Shown in pieces: positions 9,538 to 19,292 of a stretch of 39,628 nucleotides of DNA. Below the pieces are notes generated by a model. The model searched no databases, had not been told where the DNA came from, and worked only from the letters and a program-made list of their open reading frames with translations. The position numbers were made by a program, and so were the translations under genes. Positions within the stretch are counted from its first letter, which is position 1; each line of letters begins with the position of its first letter. The stretch is from Candidatus Faecisoma merdavium (lineage in GTDB: Bacteria > Bacillota_I > Bacilli_A > RF39 > UBA660), in assembly GCA_018716405.1 (NCBI GenBank), contig DVJX01000048.1, forward strand, positions 1 through 39,628, written 5' to 3'.

Positions 9538-9867
9538 GTGTATCAAGATAGGGTTGTATTAACTGTAAAAGATATTTATGAAAAAGAATTTAAGCTAGAT
9601 ACAAGGGGGTATCGTCCTCAAGAAGTTGATAAATTTTTAGACATAATTATGCGCGATTATGAAGAGTTTATATCAATAAACAAAGAATTATCTGATGAAA
9701 TTAAGGACTTAACTAATGATAATATGAAATTAAAACAAGAAATTAGAAGTTTAAAAATGAAATTGGATATTCTAAAAGAAAGCGCTGATAATGATACTGG
9801 AAGTAACAGTGTTGATGTTTTAAAAAGATTATCTAATTTAGAAAAAATTATATATGGTAAAGAATAA
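9538..9867 (+). CDS. gpsB: Cell division regulator GpsB (DivIVA domain)
   Basis: DIYEKEFK, RGYRPQEVDKFLD, C-terminal DVLKRLSNLEK; next to rnpB. GTG start after GGGTGA. Confidence 0.9.
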   Translation: MYQDRVVLTVKDIYEKEFKLDTRGYRPQEVDKFLDIIMRDYEEFISINKELSDEIKDLTNDNMKLKQEIRSLKMKLDILKESADNDTGSNSVDVLKRLSNLEKIIYGKE

Positions 9868-10203
9868 TACTTGACAAACGCTGCATTTGTTGTAGAGGAA
9901 AGTCCATGCTTGCACTATCCTGAGATGGTAGTAGTGATTGTGCATAGGGAAAAAATAACCTATGGTAGTTTATACTAACGGCATCGAAATAATCCTATAA
10001 GGATTAAATTAGATATAAAGTGCCACAGAAACGATGCTTCTAGTAATAGAAGAATGAAACGCGGTAAACCCCACAAGCAAGAAACCCAAATTATGGTAGG
10101 GGAGTTTAAAGTAGGGAATTCAACTTACTTTAGAACCAATTTATTGGTAGATAGATGTTTGTCGCTCTATTTTGAGTACAGAACATGGCTTATAAGTATT
10201 ATT
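9863..10203 (+). ncRNA. rnpB: RNase P RNA, type B
   Basis: GAGGAAAGTCCATGC, AGTGCCACAGAAACG, GAAACGCGGTAAACCCC, GCAAGAAACCCAAAT, ACAGAACATGGCTTA. P1 = AATAATACTT/AAGTATTATT and P2 = GACAAAC/GTTTGTC. Confidence 0.97.
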
Positions 10204-10223
10204 TTTTTTATTATGAGGTGAAT

Positions 10224-10694
10224 ATGAAGGAAATAGGAGAAAAATTAAAAGAGGCAAGAGAAAATATCGGTATTTCTATTGAAGAAGCTGCCGAAGATTT
10301 AAAAATCGATGCTTCTCAAATAATAAATATTGAAAATGGTGAAGTCGAACAATTTCAAGATGTGTTTAATTTAAAGTATTTTATAAGAGATTATGCTAAA
10401 TATTTAGGTTTAAATAAAGAACAAATTATTGATGATTTTAATGAATATTTATTTGATTATACTTCTAAAATATCATTAGATGATATAAAAAGAGAAAAAA
10501 AAATAAAAAATGAAGATAAAATTAAATCACCATATACAATAGAAAGAAAAAGTGAAAAGATTTATCAAAATTTTATATATATAGCAATAGTTGTTTTATT
10601 AATTACAATTTGTGTTTTACTTTATACAATTTTAAATGACAATGAAACTGAAGATAATTTAGTCTATGGAGGAACATATGAACTTACCAAATAA
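10224..10694 (+). CDS. rodZ: RodZ/YmfM-like HTH membrane protein (short form)
   Basis: IGEKLKEARE HTH, FIRDYAKYLGL, single TM, upstream of pgsA. Start moved to 10224 (GAGGTG RBS) because the track start lies inside rnpB. Confidence 0.8.
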   Translation: MKEIGEKLKEARENIGISIEEAAEDLKIDASQIINIENGEVEQFQDVFNLKYFIRDYAKYLGLNKEQIIDDFNEYLFDYTSKISLDDIKREKKIKNEDKIKSPYTIERKSEKIYQNFIYIAIVVLLITICVLLYTILNDNETEDNLVYGGTYELTK

Positions 10695-11268
10695 AATAAC
10701 TTCTTTAAGAATATTTATTACAATTTTAATAATAATAATATTGTTATTTCCTTTTGATTCTGTTGGTTTAACAGCAACAAAACTATTTATAAATGAATTA
10801 ATAGTTGTTGATATTAAATATTTTATAGCGGGTGTATTATTTATTTTAGCTTCAATAACAGATTTTTTAGATGGTTATATTGCAAGAAAGTATAACATGA
10901 TTTCTGACTTAGGGAAAATGTTAGATGCAATAGCCGATAAATTTTTAGTAAATTCAGTTTTGATAATTTTAGCTAGCCAAGGATTAATTCATCCTATAAT
11001 TCCTGTTATTGTGGTAGCTAGAGATACTGTTGTAGATATTATCAAGATGATTGTTGGAAGTAAAAAAGAAGTTGTTGCAGCAATTAAGTCTGGAAAGCTT
11101 AAAACTGCGTGTTTAATGTTAGGCATTATATTAACTTTATTTAATAACTTGCCTTTTGAATTATATAATATAAAAGTTTCTGATGCTTTACTTATAATTG
11201 CAACAGTTTTAAGTGTTTATTCTGGGATACAATATTATCAAATAAATAAAAAAATAATTTTAAGTTAA
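10678..11268 (+). CDS. pgsA: CDP-diacylglycerol--glycerol-3-phosphate 3-phosphatidyltransferase
   Basis: MNLPNKIT, DFLDGYIAR...GKMLDAIADK CDP-alcohol phosphotransferase motif. Confidence 0.95.
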   Translation: MNLPNKITSLRIFITILIIIILLFPFDSVGLTATKLFINELIVVDIKYFIAGVLFILASITDFLDGYIARKYNMISDLGKMLDAIADKFLVNSVLIILASQGLIHPIIPVIVVARDTVVDIIKMIVGSKKEVVAAIKSGKLKTACLMLGIILTLFNNLPFELYNIKVSDALLIIATVLSVYSGIQYYQINKKIILS

Positions 11269-11290
11269 ATTATTTTTTTTTAAATATAAA

Positions 11291-11343
11291 TACAAAAATT
11301 TGTTCGTATTTATATTGACTTTTGTTTTTTTTTCGTTTATAAT
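11291..11343 (+). promoter_or_regulatory. recA SigA promoter with degenerate LexA (Cheo) box upstream
   Basis: TTGACT-N17-TATAAT (11315-11343). TAC-AAAA-ATTT-GTTC-GTA at 11291-11308 has only one good GTTCG half-site. Confidence 0.6.
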
Positions 11344-11374
11344 GTGAATGTAGGAGTTAAAATTAGGAGGAATT

Positions 11375-12388
11375 ATGACAAAAAGTAATGACAAAACATT
11401 AGATCAAGTTTTACAAGATATAGAAAAACAGTTTGGGAAAGGTTCAATTATGAAATTAGGCTCTAACGAAAAAAGACAAATTGACGTCATTCCCAGTGGT
11501 TCTATTGCTTTGGATATGATATTAGGAATAGGTGGTTATCCTAAAGGAAGAATTATTGAAATTTATGGTCCAGAATCAAGTGGTAAAACAACTTTTGCTT
11601 TACACGCTATAGCTGAAGCTCAAAAATTAGGTGGAAGAGTAGCTTTCATTGATGCAGAAAACTCATTAGACCCACAATATGCAGAAAAATTAGGTGTTAA
11701 TATAGATGATTTATTATTATCACAACCTGATAATGGTGAACAAGCTTTAGAAATTTGTGAAGCATTGGTAAGAAGTGGCGCTATTAGTGTTATCGTAATA
11801 GATTCTGTTGCTGCTTTAGTTCCACAAGCAGAAATTGAAGGTGAAATGGGAGATTCTCATGTTGGATTACAAGCTAGACTTATGAGTCAAGCTTTAAGAA
11901 AATTAGCTGGGGTTATAAATAAAACAAATACAGTTGCTATTTTTATAAATCAATTAAGAGAAAAAGTAGGTGTAATGTTTGGAAATCCTGAAGTTACACC
12001 TGGTGGTAGAGCTCTAAAGTTTTATTCTTCAATAAGATTAGAAATAAGAAGAGCAGAACAATTAAAATTAGGGACAGATATTGTTGGAAATAAGACTACT
12101 ATTAAAGTAGTTAAAAACAAAATGGCTCCACCTTTTAAATCATGTACTGTTGATATAATGTATGGTGAAGGTGTTTCGCATGAAGGAGAATTGATTGATT
12201 TAGCAAGTGATGCAAACATCATTGAAAAAAGTGGTGCATGGTATTCATATAATGGAGAAAAAATTGGCCAAGGTAAAGAAAATGTTAAAGAAATGTTAAA
12301 GAAAAATAAAAAACTATCTGATGAAATTGAGGATAAAGTTAGGGTACATTATGGTTTAAAAAAAGAAACAGAAAAGAACATCAAATGA
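11375..12388 (+). CDS. recA: Recombinase RecA
   Basis: [33 protein letters not shown]. Confidence 0.99.
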   Translation: MTKSNDKTLDQVLQDIEKQFGKGSIMKLGSNEKRQIDVIPSGSIALDMILGIGGYPKGRIIEIYGPESSGKTTFALHAIAEAQKLGGRVAFIDAENSLDPQYAEKLGVNIDDLLLSQPDNGEQALEICEALVRSGAISVIVIDSVAALVPQAEIEGEMGDSHVGLQARLMSQALRKLAGVINKTNTVAIFINQLREKVGVMFGNPEVTPGGRALKFYSSIRLEIRRAEQLKLGTDIVGNKTTIKVVKNKMAPPFKSCTVDIMYGEGVSHEGELIDLASDANIIEKSGAWYSYNGEKIGQGKENVKEMLKKNKKLSDEIEDKVRVHYGLKKETEKNIK

Positions 12389-12397
12389 TGTTCTTTT
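12372..12397. terminator. Bidirectional terminator between recA and the HerA-like gene
   Basis: Perfect inverted repeat AAAAGAACATCA-AA-TGATGTTCTTTT. Confidence 0.75.
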
Positions 12398-14141
12398 ACC
12401 ATGTTTTTAAAATATCACAATTTGTGCTTTGAGGCATTGGATTTGGCATTTGCATTTTTACTATCATTGGAATATTAAAAGCTTTACCAAATGCCATACA
12501 AGTTCCTGATTGTAAGCTTTTTTGTTTTTCAATTATATCTAAACTTATATTTGGTAACATTTTTTGTATATATTCTACATCTAATGGGTGTGTAATTTTA
12601 AATATTAGAAAATTACTCATTTGAGATATAACAGTATCTGATAATTCTACTGGTCGTTGAGAAATTAAATCTAAAATAAGTCCATATTTTCTTCCTTCTT
12701 TAGCAACTCTATCAAATATGTTATATCCTATTAAAGATGTATCATTATCTTTTTGTACATATCTATGAGCTTCTTCTAAAAAAATATGGAAAGGTAATGA
12801 TGCTCTATTTGGTAAATTTTTAACATAATTAAATAACAATTTAGCAAATGTTTTAGTTACAAATTTAGCAAACCAGTCTTCTACATCTTCTAAATTAAAA
12901 TTAATTATTTGAGCTTTTCTATTATTTTTACTTACTAAACTAGCAATATATTGATCTTTTGTAATAAAATTAGTTACAGCAAAGTATTTAGAATATTCAC
13001 TTATTAAGATAGAATGTAATCTTACTTTTAAAGTGATAGCATCATTGTATGCTTTTTCATTTCTTAGTAATCCTTCAGATATTAAAGTAAAATTTAAAGC
13101 TTTTTCTAAATCTTCTAATGTAAAAAAATTTGTATTTTTTTCTTCATAATGTTCTAAATCTTCATCGATAAAACTTGTAACATATTCAGATAATAAAACA
13201 CTTTCTGAAAAGTTATCTTTATCATTTATTAAAAAGCAATCAATAAATTTTCTTGTATATCCAGCACCTTTAACTATAGCGTTAGGATTAAATTGAGGAG
13301 TTTGACAAGAATTAAATATAGAAAAAACATCATTTCTTTTACTACTAGCGTTTTGATTTGAATATAAAATTGATAGTATAGCTTTAGCAATTAAGTGATT
13401 TTTATATTTTAATGCCATTTCATCGCTAGAAGAAAAAATTTTAACTAATTTAACCATTCGCTCTATTATTGGAAGTTGTGAATGACTAGTCGCATTCAAT
13501 AATATTGCGAAATCATCATTATCTAATAACCAAAGAGGAATTAATAAAGGTTGACCATTTAAATCATTTTTATTAGTTGTATAATATTTAAATTGATAAT
13601 TTGGGTTTATTTGACTAAAATTAGAAAATGCATTGTGGTATTCTCCATAAGCATCAAATATAAATATATTTGCCTTATATGGTTGAAAGTTTTTATTAGT
13701 AAATATATTTTGCAGCATTCTAGCAACTCCACAAGATTTACCAGAACCACTATTACCAAATATAGCTAAATGGTTAGAAAACAAATCATTAATGTTTACC
13801 ATTATTGGATAATTATCATATAAAGCACTAGTTCCCAACATAAATGTTTCTTTACTATTTTGACCAATTATTATTTTTAATTCTTCGGCATTAATCATTC
13901 TTACTTTTGCGTCCATAGTAGGTTTTCTTATAACGCCACCAATAAATTTATTATCTACAATTTCTCCTAGAAATCTAATTTTAATTAAAGAACCATCAAT
14001 ATCGTCAATTTCACCCAGAACCTTTTTGTTTACATCTTCAAATATAACATGCATATTCATCAAACTAGTTGGTATTTTAACATTGCTTGGAATTTGTACA
14101 TGAGCATTGTTATTACTTATATAAATTATTTTTCCTAACAT
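12396..14141 (-). CDS. HerA/FtsK-family (DUF87-type) ATPase
   Basis: N-terminal beta-rich HAS-barrel-like region, HLAIFGNSGSGKS (Walker A), IFDAYGEY, IFLEEAH (Walker B), AKEGRKYG, ISQRP. Confidence 0.88.
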   Translation of the reverse strand: MLGKIIYISNNNAHVQIPSNVKIPTSLMNMHVIFEDVNKKVLGEIDDIDGSLIKIRFLGEIVDNKFIGGVIRKPTMDAKVRMINAEELKIIIGQNSKETFMLGTSALYDNYPIMVNINDLFSNHLAIFGNSGSGKSCGVARMLQNIFTNKNFQPYKANIFIFDAYGEYHNAFSNFSQINPNYQFKYYTTNKNDLNGQPLLIPLWLLDNDDFAILLNATSHSQLPIIERMVKLVKIFSSSDEMALKYKNHLIAKAILSILYSNQNASSKRNDVFSIFNSCQTPQFNPNAIVKGAGYTRKFIDCFLINDKDNFSESVLLSEYVTSFIDEDLEHYEEKNTNFFTLEDLEKALNFTLISEGLLRNEKAYNDAITLKVRLHSILISEYSKYFAVTNFITKDQYIASLVSKNNRKAQIINFNLEDVEDWFAKFVTKTFAKLLFNYVKNLPNRASLPFHIFLEEAHRYVQKDNDTSLIGYNIFDRVAKEGRKYGLILDLISQRPVELSDTVISQMSNFLIFKITHPLDVEYIQKMLPNISLDIIEKQKSLQSGTCMAFGKAFNIPMIVKMQMPNPMPQSTNCDILKTW

Positions 14142-14203
14142 TCTATCACCTTTTTATTCTAAAAATAATTATACAATAAATTTTAAAAAAAATCTACAAT
14201 TTC

Positions 14204-14232
14204 TTGACTTATCATAGTTTAAATATTACAAT
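14204..14232 (+). promoter_or_regulatory. SigA promoter of rny
   Basis: TTGACT-N17-TACAAT. Confidence 0.6.
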
Positions 14233-14271
14233 AATAGTAGAGTTTAGTACTCTAGAAAGTGGAGGTAATAT

Positions 14272-15825
14272 ATGAATGATGTAATACTATCCATTTTATT
14301 TATTGTATTAGGACTTTTTATCGGAATCATTTTAATGATTATACTAAATTATATAAAAAACAATTTATCTAATAAAAAAGCTGAATCAATTATTGATAAA
14401 GCGAATAAAGAAGCAGATAAAATTAAGAGAAATGGCTTATTAGAAGCTAAAGAAGAAGCTCACAAAATAAAATTAGAAACAGAAAAAGAAATTAAAGAAA
14501 AGAAAAATGAAATAAAAGAATCTGAAGAAAGATTGCTATTAAGAGAAAGTAATATTGATAAAAGAGATCAAACACTACAAAATAGAGAGCAACTATTAGA
14601 AGAAAGAGAAAATAATTTAGTAAATAAACAAAAAGAAGTTTTAAAAGAACAAGATAAAGTGGAGGAAATTAAAAAACAACAAGTTGAATTGTTGGAAAAA
14701 ATAGCTGGGTATTCAAAAAATGAGGCTAGAGATTTAGTTTTAAAGAAAGTAGAAGAAATGATGAATTTAGAAATTTCTGCTTATATTAAAGATAGGGAAG
14801 TAGAAGCTAAATTAGAAGTTGATAAAAAGGCTAAAAACATGTTAGTAAATGTAATGCAAAAGTATGCTGGTGATGTAGCAAGTGATCAAACAGTAACTGT
14901 TGTAAATTTGCCAAATGATGATATGAAAGGTAGATTAATTGGTAGAGAAGGTAGAAATATTAGATCTATTGAAGCAGTAACTGGCGTTGATTTGATTATT
15001 GATGATACACCAGAAGCAATTGTGTTATCTAGCTTTGATCCATATAGAAGGGAAATTGCTAGAGTTACAATTGAAGCACTAATAAAAGATGGAAGAATCC
15101 ATCCTGGTAGAATTGAAGAACTATATGATAAATCAGTAAAAGAAATGAAATTAAAATTATTAGAGTATGGAGAAGAAGCTTTATTTGAATTGGGTATTAC
15201 TAAAGTTGATCCTGAATTACAAGAATTACTAGGAAAACTTCATTTTAGAACTAGCTTTGGACAAAATGCTTTAAAACATTCGATTGAAGTTGCACATCTA
15301 GCTGGTATTATGGCTGGTGAATTAGGGGAAAATGTAGCTTTAGCTAAAAGAGCTGGATTATTTCATGATATTGGTAAGTCAATTGATCATGAAGTTGAAG
15401 GTTCTCATGTTGATATAGGATCTTCTTTAGCTAAAAAATATAAAGAGAATGATATTGTAATAAATGCTATAGAATCACATCATGGTGATAAAGAAGCCAA
15501 TAATGTTATTTCAGTATTAGTCTCTATAGCAGATGCTTTATCTGCATCAAGACCTGGTGCTAGAAATGACTCATTAGAAAATTATGTTCAAAGATTACAA
15601 GAATTAGAAAATATTGGAAATGAAGTTCCTGGTGTTGAAAAATCATATGCAATGCAAGCAGGTAGAGAATTAAGAGTAATCGTTAAACCAGAAGAAGTAG
15701 ATGATGCTTTAAGTTATAAGATAGCTCGTGATATTAAAAACAAAATTGAAGATACATTACAATATCCAGGTACTATTAAAGTTATAGTAATTAGAGAAAC
15801 TAGAGCCCAAGAAGAAGCAAAATAG
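14272..15825 (+). CDS. rny: Ribonuclease Y
   Basis: N-terminal TM, coiled coil, KH motif [15 protein letters not shown] motif [13 protein letters not shown]. Confidence 0.98.
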   Translation: MNDVILSILFIVLGLFIGIILMIILNYIKNNLSNKKAESIIDKANKEADKIKRNGLLEAKEEAHKIKLETEKEIKEKKNEIKESEERLLLRESNIDKRDQTLQNREQLLEERENNLVNKQKEVLKEQDKVEEIKKQQVELLEKIAGYSKNEARDLVLKKVEEMMNLEISAYIKDREVEAKLEVDKKAKNMLVNVMQKYAGDVASDQTVTVVNLPNDDMKGRLIGREGRNIRSIEAVTGVDLIIDDTPEAIVLSSFDPYRREIARVTIEALIKDGRIHPGRIEELYDKSVKEMKLKLLEYGEEALFELGITKVDPELQELLGKLHFRTSFGQNALKHSIEVAHLAGIMAGELGENVALAKRAGLFHDIGKSIDHEVEGSHVDIGSSLAKKYKENDIVINAIESHHGDKEANNVISVLVSIADALSASRPGARNDSLENYVQRLQELENIGNEVPGVEKSYAMQAGRELRVIVKPEEVDDALSYKIARDIKNKIEDTLQYPGTIKVIVIRETRAQEEAK

Positions 15826-15848
15826 TAGAAATTAATCTACTATTTTTT
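15819..15848. terminator. Bidirectional terminator after rny
   Basis: AAAATAGTAGA-N6-TCTACTATTTT. Confidence 0.75.
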
Positions 15849-16045
15849 TATCTATAATATGGTCCATAGTAAGGATATGGTTGATATGGATAAGGGTATG
15901 GTGGTCTATAAGGTGGACGCCAGAAGTTTGGAGCTAACGCAGCTCCTGTTACCCCTCCTAATAAAAATGGGAAAACGAAACCTCCAAATCTTTCATCATT
16001 ATTATATTGTCCTTTAAAATTTGTTGGAATATTTTGATAGTACAT
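15848..16045 (-). CDS. Small Pro/Tyr-rich spore-coat-like protein (YmaG/CotT-like)
   Basis: AAAGGAG RBS; DER motif, then FPFLLGGVTGAAL and a PYPYPY-rich tail. Confidence 0.6.
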   Translation of the reverse strand: MYYQNIPTNFKGQYNNDERFGGFVFPFLLGGVTGAALAPNFWRPPYRPPYPYPYQPYPYYGPYYR

Positions 16046-16064
16046 AGTAAATCTCCTTTCAAAT

Positions 16065-16091
16065 TATTTTATGAAATATAGAAAAAAATGT
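16065..16091 (-). promoter_or_regulatory. SigK-like promoter
   Basis: Minus strand ACA-N15-CATAAAATA just upstream of the RBS. Confidence 0.5.
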
Positions 16092-16123
16092 TATATATAA
16101 CATATATTTAAATAGGTGAGTAT

Positions 16124-16963
16124 ATGAAAAAAATATTTGAAATAATAGGATTTTTATCTTTAATGCTTTTTACTTTCACTTATACTAGTAAAATATCAAT
16201 GGTTATAAAAGAAAATGATGACCTTTTATCTCAAATAAAAGAAGTTTCTACTCAATATAAAAAAGATCCAATTAATGCTACTATAAAAGATAATACTATT
16301 GTTGCTGGAGTATCTGGTAGCCAAATTGATATAGATGAAAGTTATAGTAAAATGAAAAAATTAAATCAATTTAATTCAAATCTATTTGTTTATGAAAAAG
16401 TAAAGCCTGATATAAGTGTTGCTAATAATTATGATAAATATATAGTGGGAGGAATTAAAAATGAAGTTAGTATTATTTTTTTAGTTGAAGAAAACAATAA
16501 AATAGATTCAATATTAAATATACTAGATGAATATGAAATTAAAGCAAATTTTTTTGTTGATGGAAATTGGTTTGAAAACAACAATAATAAAATTATCGAT
16601 TTAATTGAAAATGATTATATTATAGGCTCATTAGGATATAATTATAATTACGATGTAAGTGGGATTAATTGGATGAATACAATCGTCACCAAAATAGGAA
16701 ATCAAAATGATACTTATTGTTATGCTGAGGTAGAAAATGATAAAAATTTAAATATTTGTAAAAATAATAAAAGTTATACTATTAAACCAAATATAATTGT
16801 AAAAAATAATCCTTTAATAACAATTAAAAATAATTTAAAAAAAGGGAGTATAATATCTTTAAAAATAAATGATGAAGTAAAAAATCAATTACCATTAATA
16901 ATTGAATATATTAATTCAAGAGATTATAATATAGTAAATTTAGAAGAATTTTTGGATGAATAA
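16124..16963 (+). CDS. YlxY/SwsB-like degenerate polysaccharide deacetylase
   Basis: N-terminal TM; IDESYSKMK...VYEKVKP segment as in YlxY; NodB-like ANFFVDGNW and GSII. The DD and HxxxH catalytic motifs are missing. Confidence 0.7.
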   Translation: MKKIFEIIGFLSLMLFTFTYTSKISMVIKENDDLLSQIKEVSTQYKKDPINATIKDNTIVAGVSGSQIDIDESYSKMKKLNQFNSNLFVYEKVKPDISVANNYDKYIVGGIKNEVSIIFLVEENNKIDSILNILDEYEIKANFFVDGNWFENNNNKIIDLIENDYIIGSLGYNYNYDVSGINWMNTIVTKIGNQNDTYCYAEVENDKNLNICKNNKSYTIKPNIIVKNNPLITIKNNLKKGSIISLKINDEVKNQLPLIIEYINSRDYNIVNLEEFLDE

Positions 16964-17003
16964 TTCTTTTTTTGTGCTATAATAATAAACAGTTTTAAAG
17001 GAC

Positions 17004-19292
17004 GTGATTCAAATGAAAAAATTTAATTTACCTGTAATCCTTTTAAATGGTATTGTATTATTACCTAATAATACTTTAAAGTTAGAATTTGATAATAAAA
17101 AATCTAATAATAATGTTATTGAAATGTCTTTGTCATTTCATGATAATTATATATTAGTAATAAGTGAATATAAAAAAAATAAAACAAAAATCGGAGTTTT
17201 ATCAAAGTTAGAAAATATTTTACAATTACCAAATGGTAATACTCGTGTTGATTTAAGAGGAATAAGAAGAGTAAATGTTATTGAATTTTTGAATATGGAT
17301 ACGGATGAACCTTTAGAATCTATTGTAAGTGAAATAGAACCACAAAAAATTGATAATGAAATATTAATAATAAATAAATTAAAAAAAGAATTAAAAAAAA
17401 TTGTTCAAATTGTTCCATATATAAGTAATAGTTTTTTAAACATAGTAGAAAAAGAGACAAATCTAGATAAATTTACTGATTTAGTAGTTTCTAATATAAC
17501 TAATGATAAAGAAAGACTATTAGAATATCTAAATAACACAAATTCGTTAAGTAGAGCAGAAATGTTATTAAAAGACATTTATGATGAACAAGAAAAATTT
17601 AAAATAGAACGTAATTTAGATTTAAAAGTAAAAAAAGAAATGGATGAAAGTCAAAAAGAATTTTTATTACGTGAAAAAATGAAATTTTTAAAAGAAGAGC
17701 TTGGTGATTCTTCTAAAGAAAGTGAAATAGATAAATTAAAAAAGCGAATTAATGATCTAGATTGCCCTAAAAAAATAAAAGATAAATTAACTTATGAAAT
17801 GAATAGATATGAATCATGTGTAAGTATGTCACCAGAAATCAACATTATAAGAGATTATATTGAATGGTTGTTATGTTTACCATGGAATAATTATACTATG
17901 GATAATGAAAATTTAAAACAAGTAAAAAAATCATTAGATGAATCACATTTTGGCTTAAAGGAAGTAAAGGATAGAATTATAGAATATTTAGCTGTAAAGA
18001 AAATGAGCAATAATCAAAATGGTTCAATTATATGTTTGGTTGGACCTCCAGGAGTAGGTAAAACAACTTTAGCTATGTCGATTGCTAAAGCAATAAATCG
18101 TAATTTTGTTCAAATATCAGTAGGTGGGCTTAGAGATGAATCAGAAATAATTGGTCATAGAAGAACTTATGTTGGTGCAGGTCCTGGTAGAATAATAACA
18201 TCTATAAAAAAAGCTAAGTCAAATAATCCATTATTTTTAATTGATGAAGTGGATAAAATGAATAGTGATTATAAAGGTGATCCATCAAGTTGTTTGTTAA
18301 ATGTATTGGATAAAGAACAAAATAAATATTTTAGTGATAATTATATTGAAGAAGATTTTGATTTATCCAATGTATTATTTATTTTAACCGCTAATTATAT
18401 TGAAAATATTCCTGATCCATTAAAAGATAGGTTAGAAATAATTAATTTACAAGGTTATACAGAATATGAAAAATTAGATATTGCAATTAAACATTTGATA
18501 CCAAAAATAATAAAAAAGAATGGATTAAATAGTGATTATGTTTCTATTGATAATAATACTATTTTGAAAATAATAAGAAATTATACTAAGGAAGCTGGAG
18601 TAAGAGAATTAGAAAGACAATTAGATAAAATAGTTAGAAAAATAGTAACTCAAATTGTTGTTAAAAATATAAAAATAAATAAAATTATAATAACTGAACA
18701 AAATTTAATTAAATATTTAGGTAAAGAAAAATACAAATATAATGAAAAAAAGAAAGAACAAATTGGAGTTGTTAATGGCCTTGCTTATACACCATATGGT
18801 GGTGATGTATTACCAATTGAAGTTAATTATTATAAAGGAAAAGGGAATCTGATTTTAACTGGTAGCTTAGGTGATGTTATGAAAGAAAGTGCTAATATTG
18901 CATTAAGTTATTTAAAGGCTAATTATCGGTATTATAATATAAATTATAAATTATTTGAAAATGATATTCATATTCACGTTCCAGAAGGAGCTATAAAAAA
19001 AGATGGCCCAAGTGCAGGTATTGCTTTAACTTTAGCAATATTAAGTTGTTTAACAAAACTAAAGATACCTTCTAGTTTAGCTATGACTGGTGAAATAACT
19101 TTACGAGGGCACATTTTAGAAATTGGTGGTCTAAAAGAAAAATCATTAGGTGCATTAAGATCTGGTATTAATAAAATTATAATCCCATATGATAATGATA
19201 TTAGTGATTTACCAAAAGAAGTAAAAAATAATATAAAATTTATTAAAGTAAAAAATTTCAAGGATGTTTATGAGGTGATAAAAAATGACTGA
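17004..19292 (+). CDS. lon: ATP-dependent protease La (Lon)
   Basis: GPPGVGKT, GHRRTYVGA, IDEVDK, KDGPSAG catalytic Ser, GGLKEK. Start is 17004 (GTG) or 17013 (ATG). Confidence 0.97.
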   Translation: MIQMKKFNLPVILLNGIVLLPNNTLKLEFDNKKSNNNVIEMSLSFHDNYILVISEYKKNKTKIGVLSKLENILQLPNGNTRVDLRGIRRVNVIEFLNMDTDEPLESIVSEIEPQKIDNEILIINKLKKELKKIVQIVPYISNSFLNIVEKETNLDKFTDLVVSNITNDKERLLEYLNNTNSLSRAEMLLKDIYDEQEKFKIERNLDLKVKKEMDESQKEFLLREKMKFLKEELGDSSKESEIDKLKKRINDLDCPKKIKDKLTYEMNRYESCVSMSPEINIIRDYIEWLLCLPWNNYTMDNENLKQVKKSLDESHFGLKEVKDRIIEYLAVKKMSNNQNGSIICLVGPPGVGKTTLAMSIAKAINRNFVQISVGGLRDESEIIGHRRTYVGAGPGRIITSIKKAKSNNPLFLIDEVDKMNSDYKGDPSSCLLNVLDKEQNKYFSDNYIEEDFDLSNVLFILTANYIENIPDPLKDRLEIINLQGYTEYEKLDIAIKHLIPKIIKKNGLNSDYVSIDNNTILKIIRNYTKEAGVRELERQLDKIVRKIVTQIVVKNIKINKIIITEQNLIKYLGKEKYKYNEKKKEQIGVVNGLAYTPYGGDVLPIEVNYYKGKGNLILTGSLGDVMKESANIALSYLKANYRYYNINYKLFENDIHIHVPEGAIKKDGPSAGIALTLAILSCLTKLKIPSSLAMTGEITLRGHILEIGGLKEKSLGALRSGINKIIIPYDNDISDLPKEVKNNIKFIKVKNFKDVYEVIKND

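Noticed and set aside
10185-10223. Track N-terminal extension of the RodZ-like ORF
   Set aside because: Lies in the conserved rnpB 3' end; a good RBS supports ATG 10224.
14238-14254. Leader hairpin TAGAGT-TTAGT-ACTCTA before rny as a riboswitch
   Set aside because: The leader is too short for an aptamer; at most a stability hairpin.
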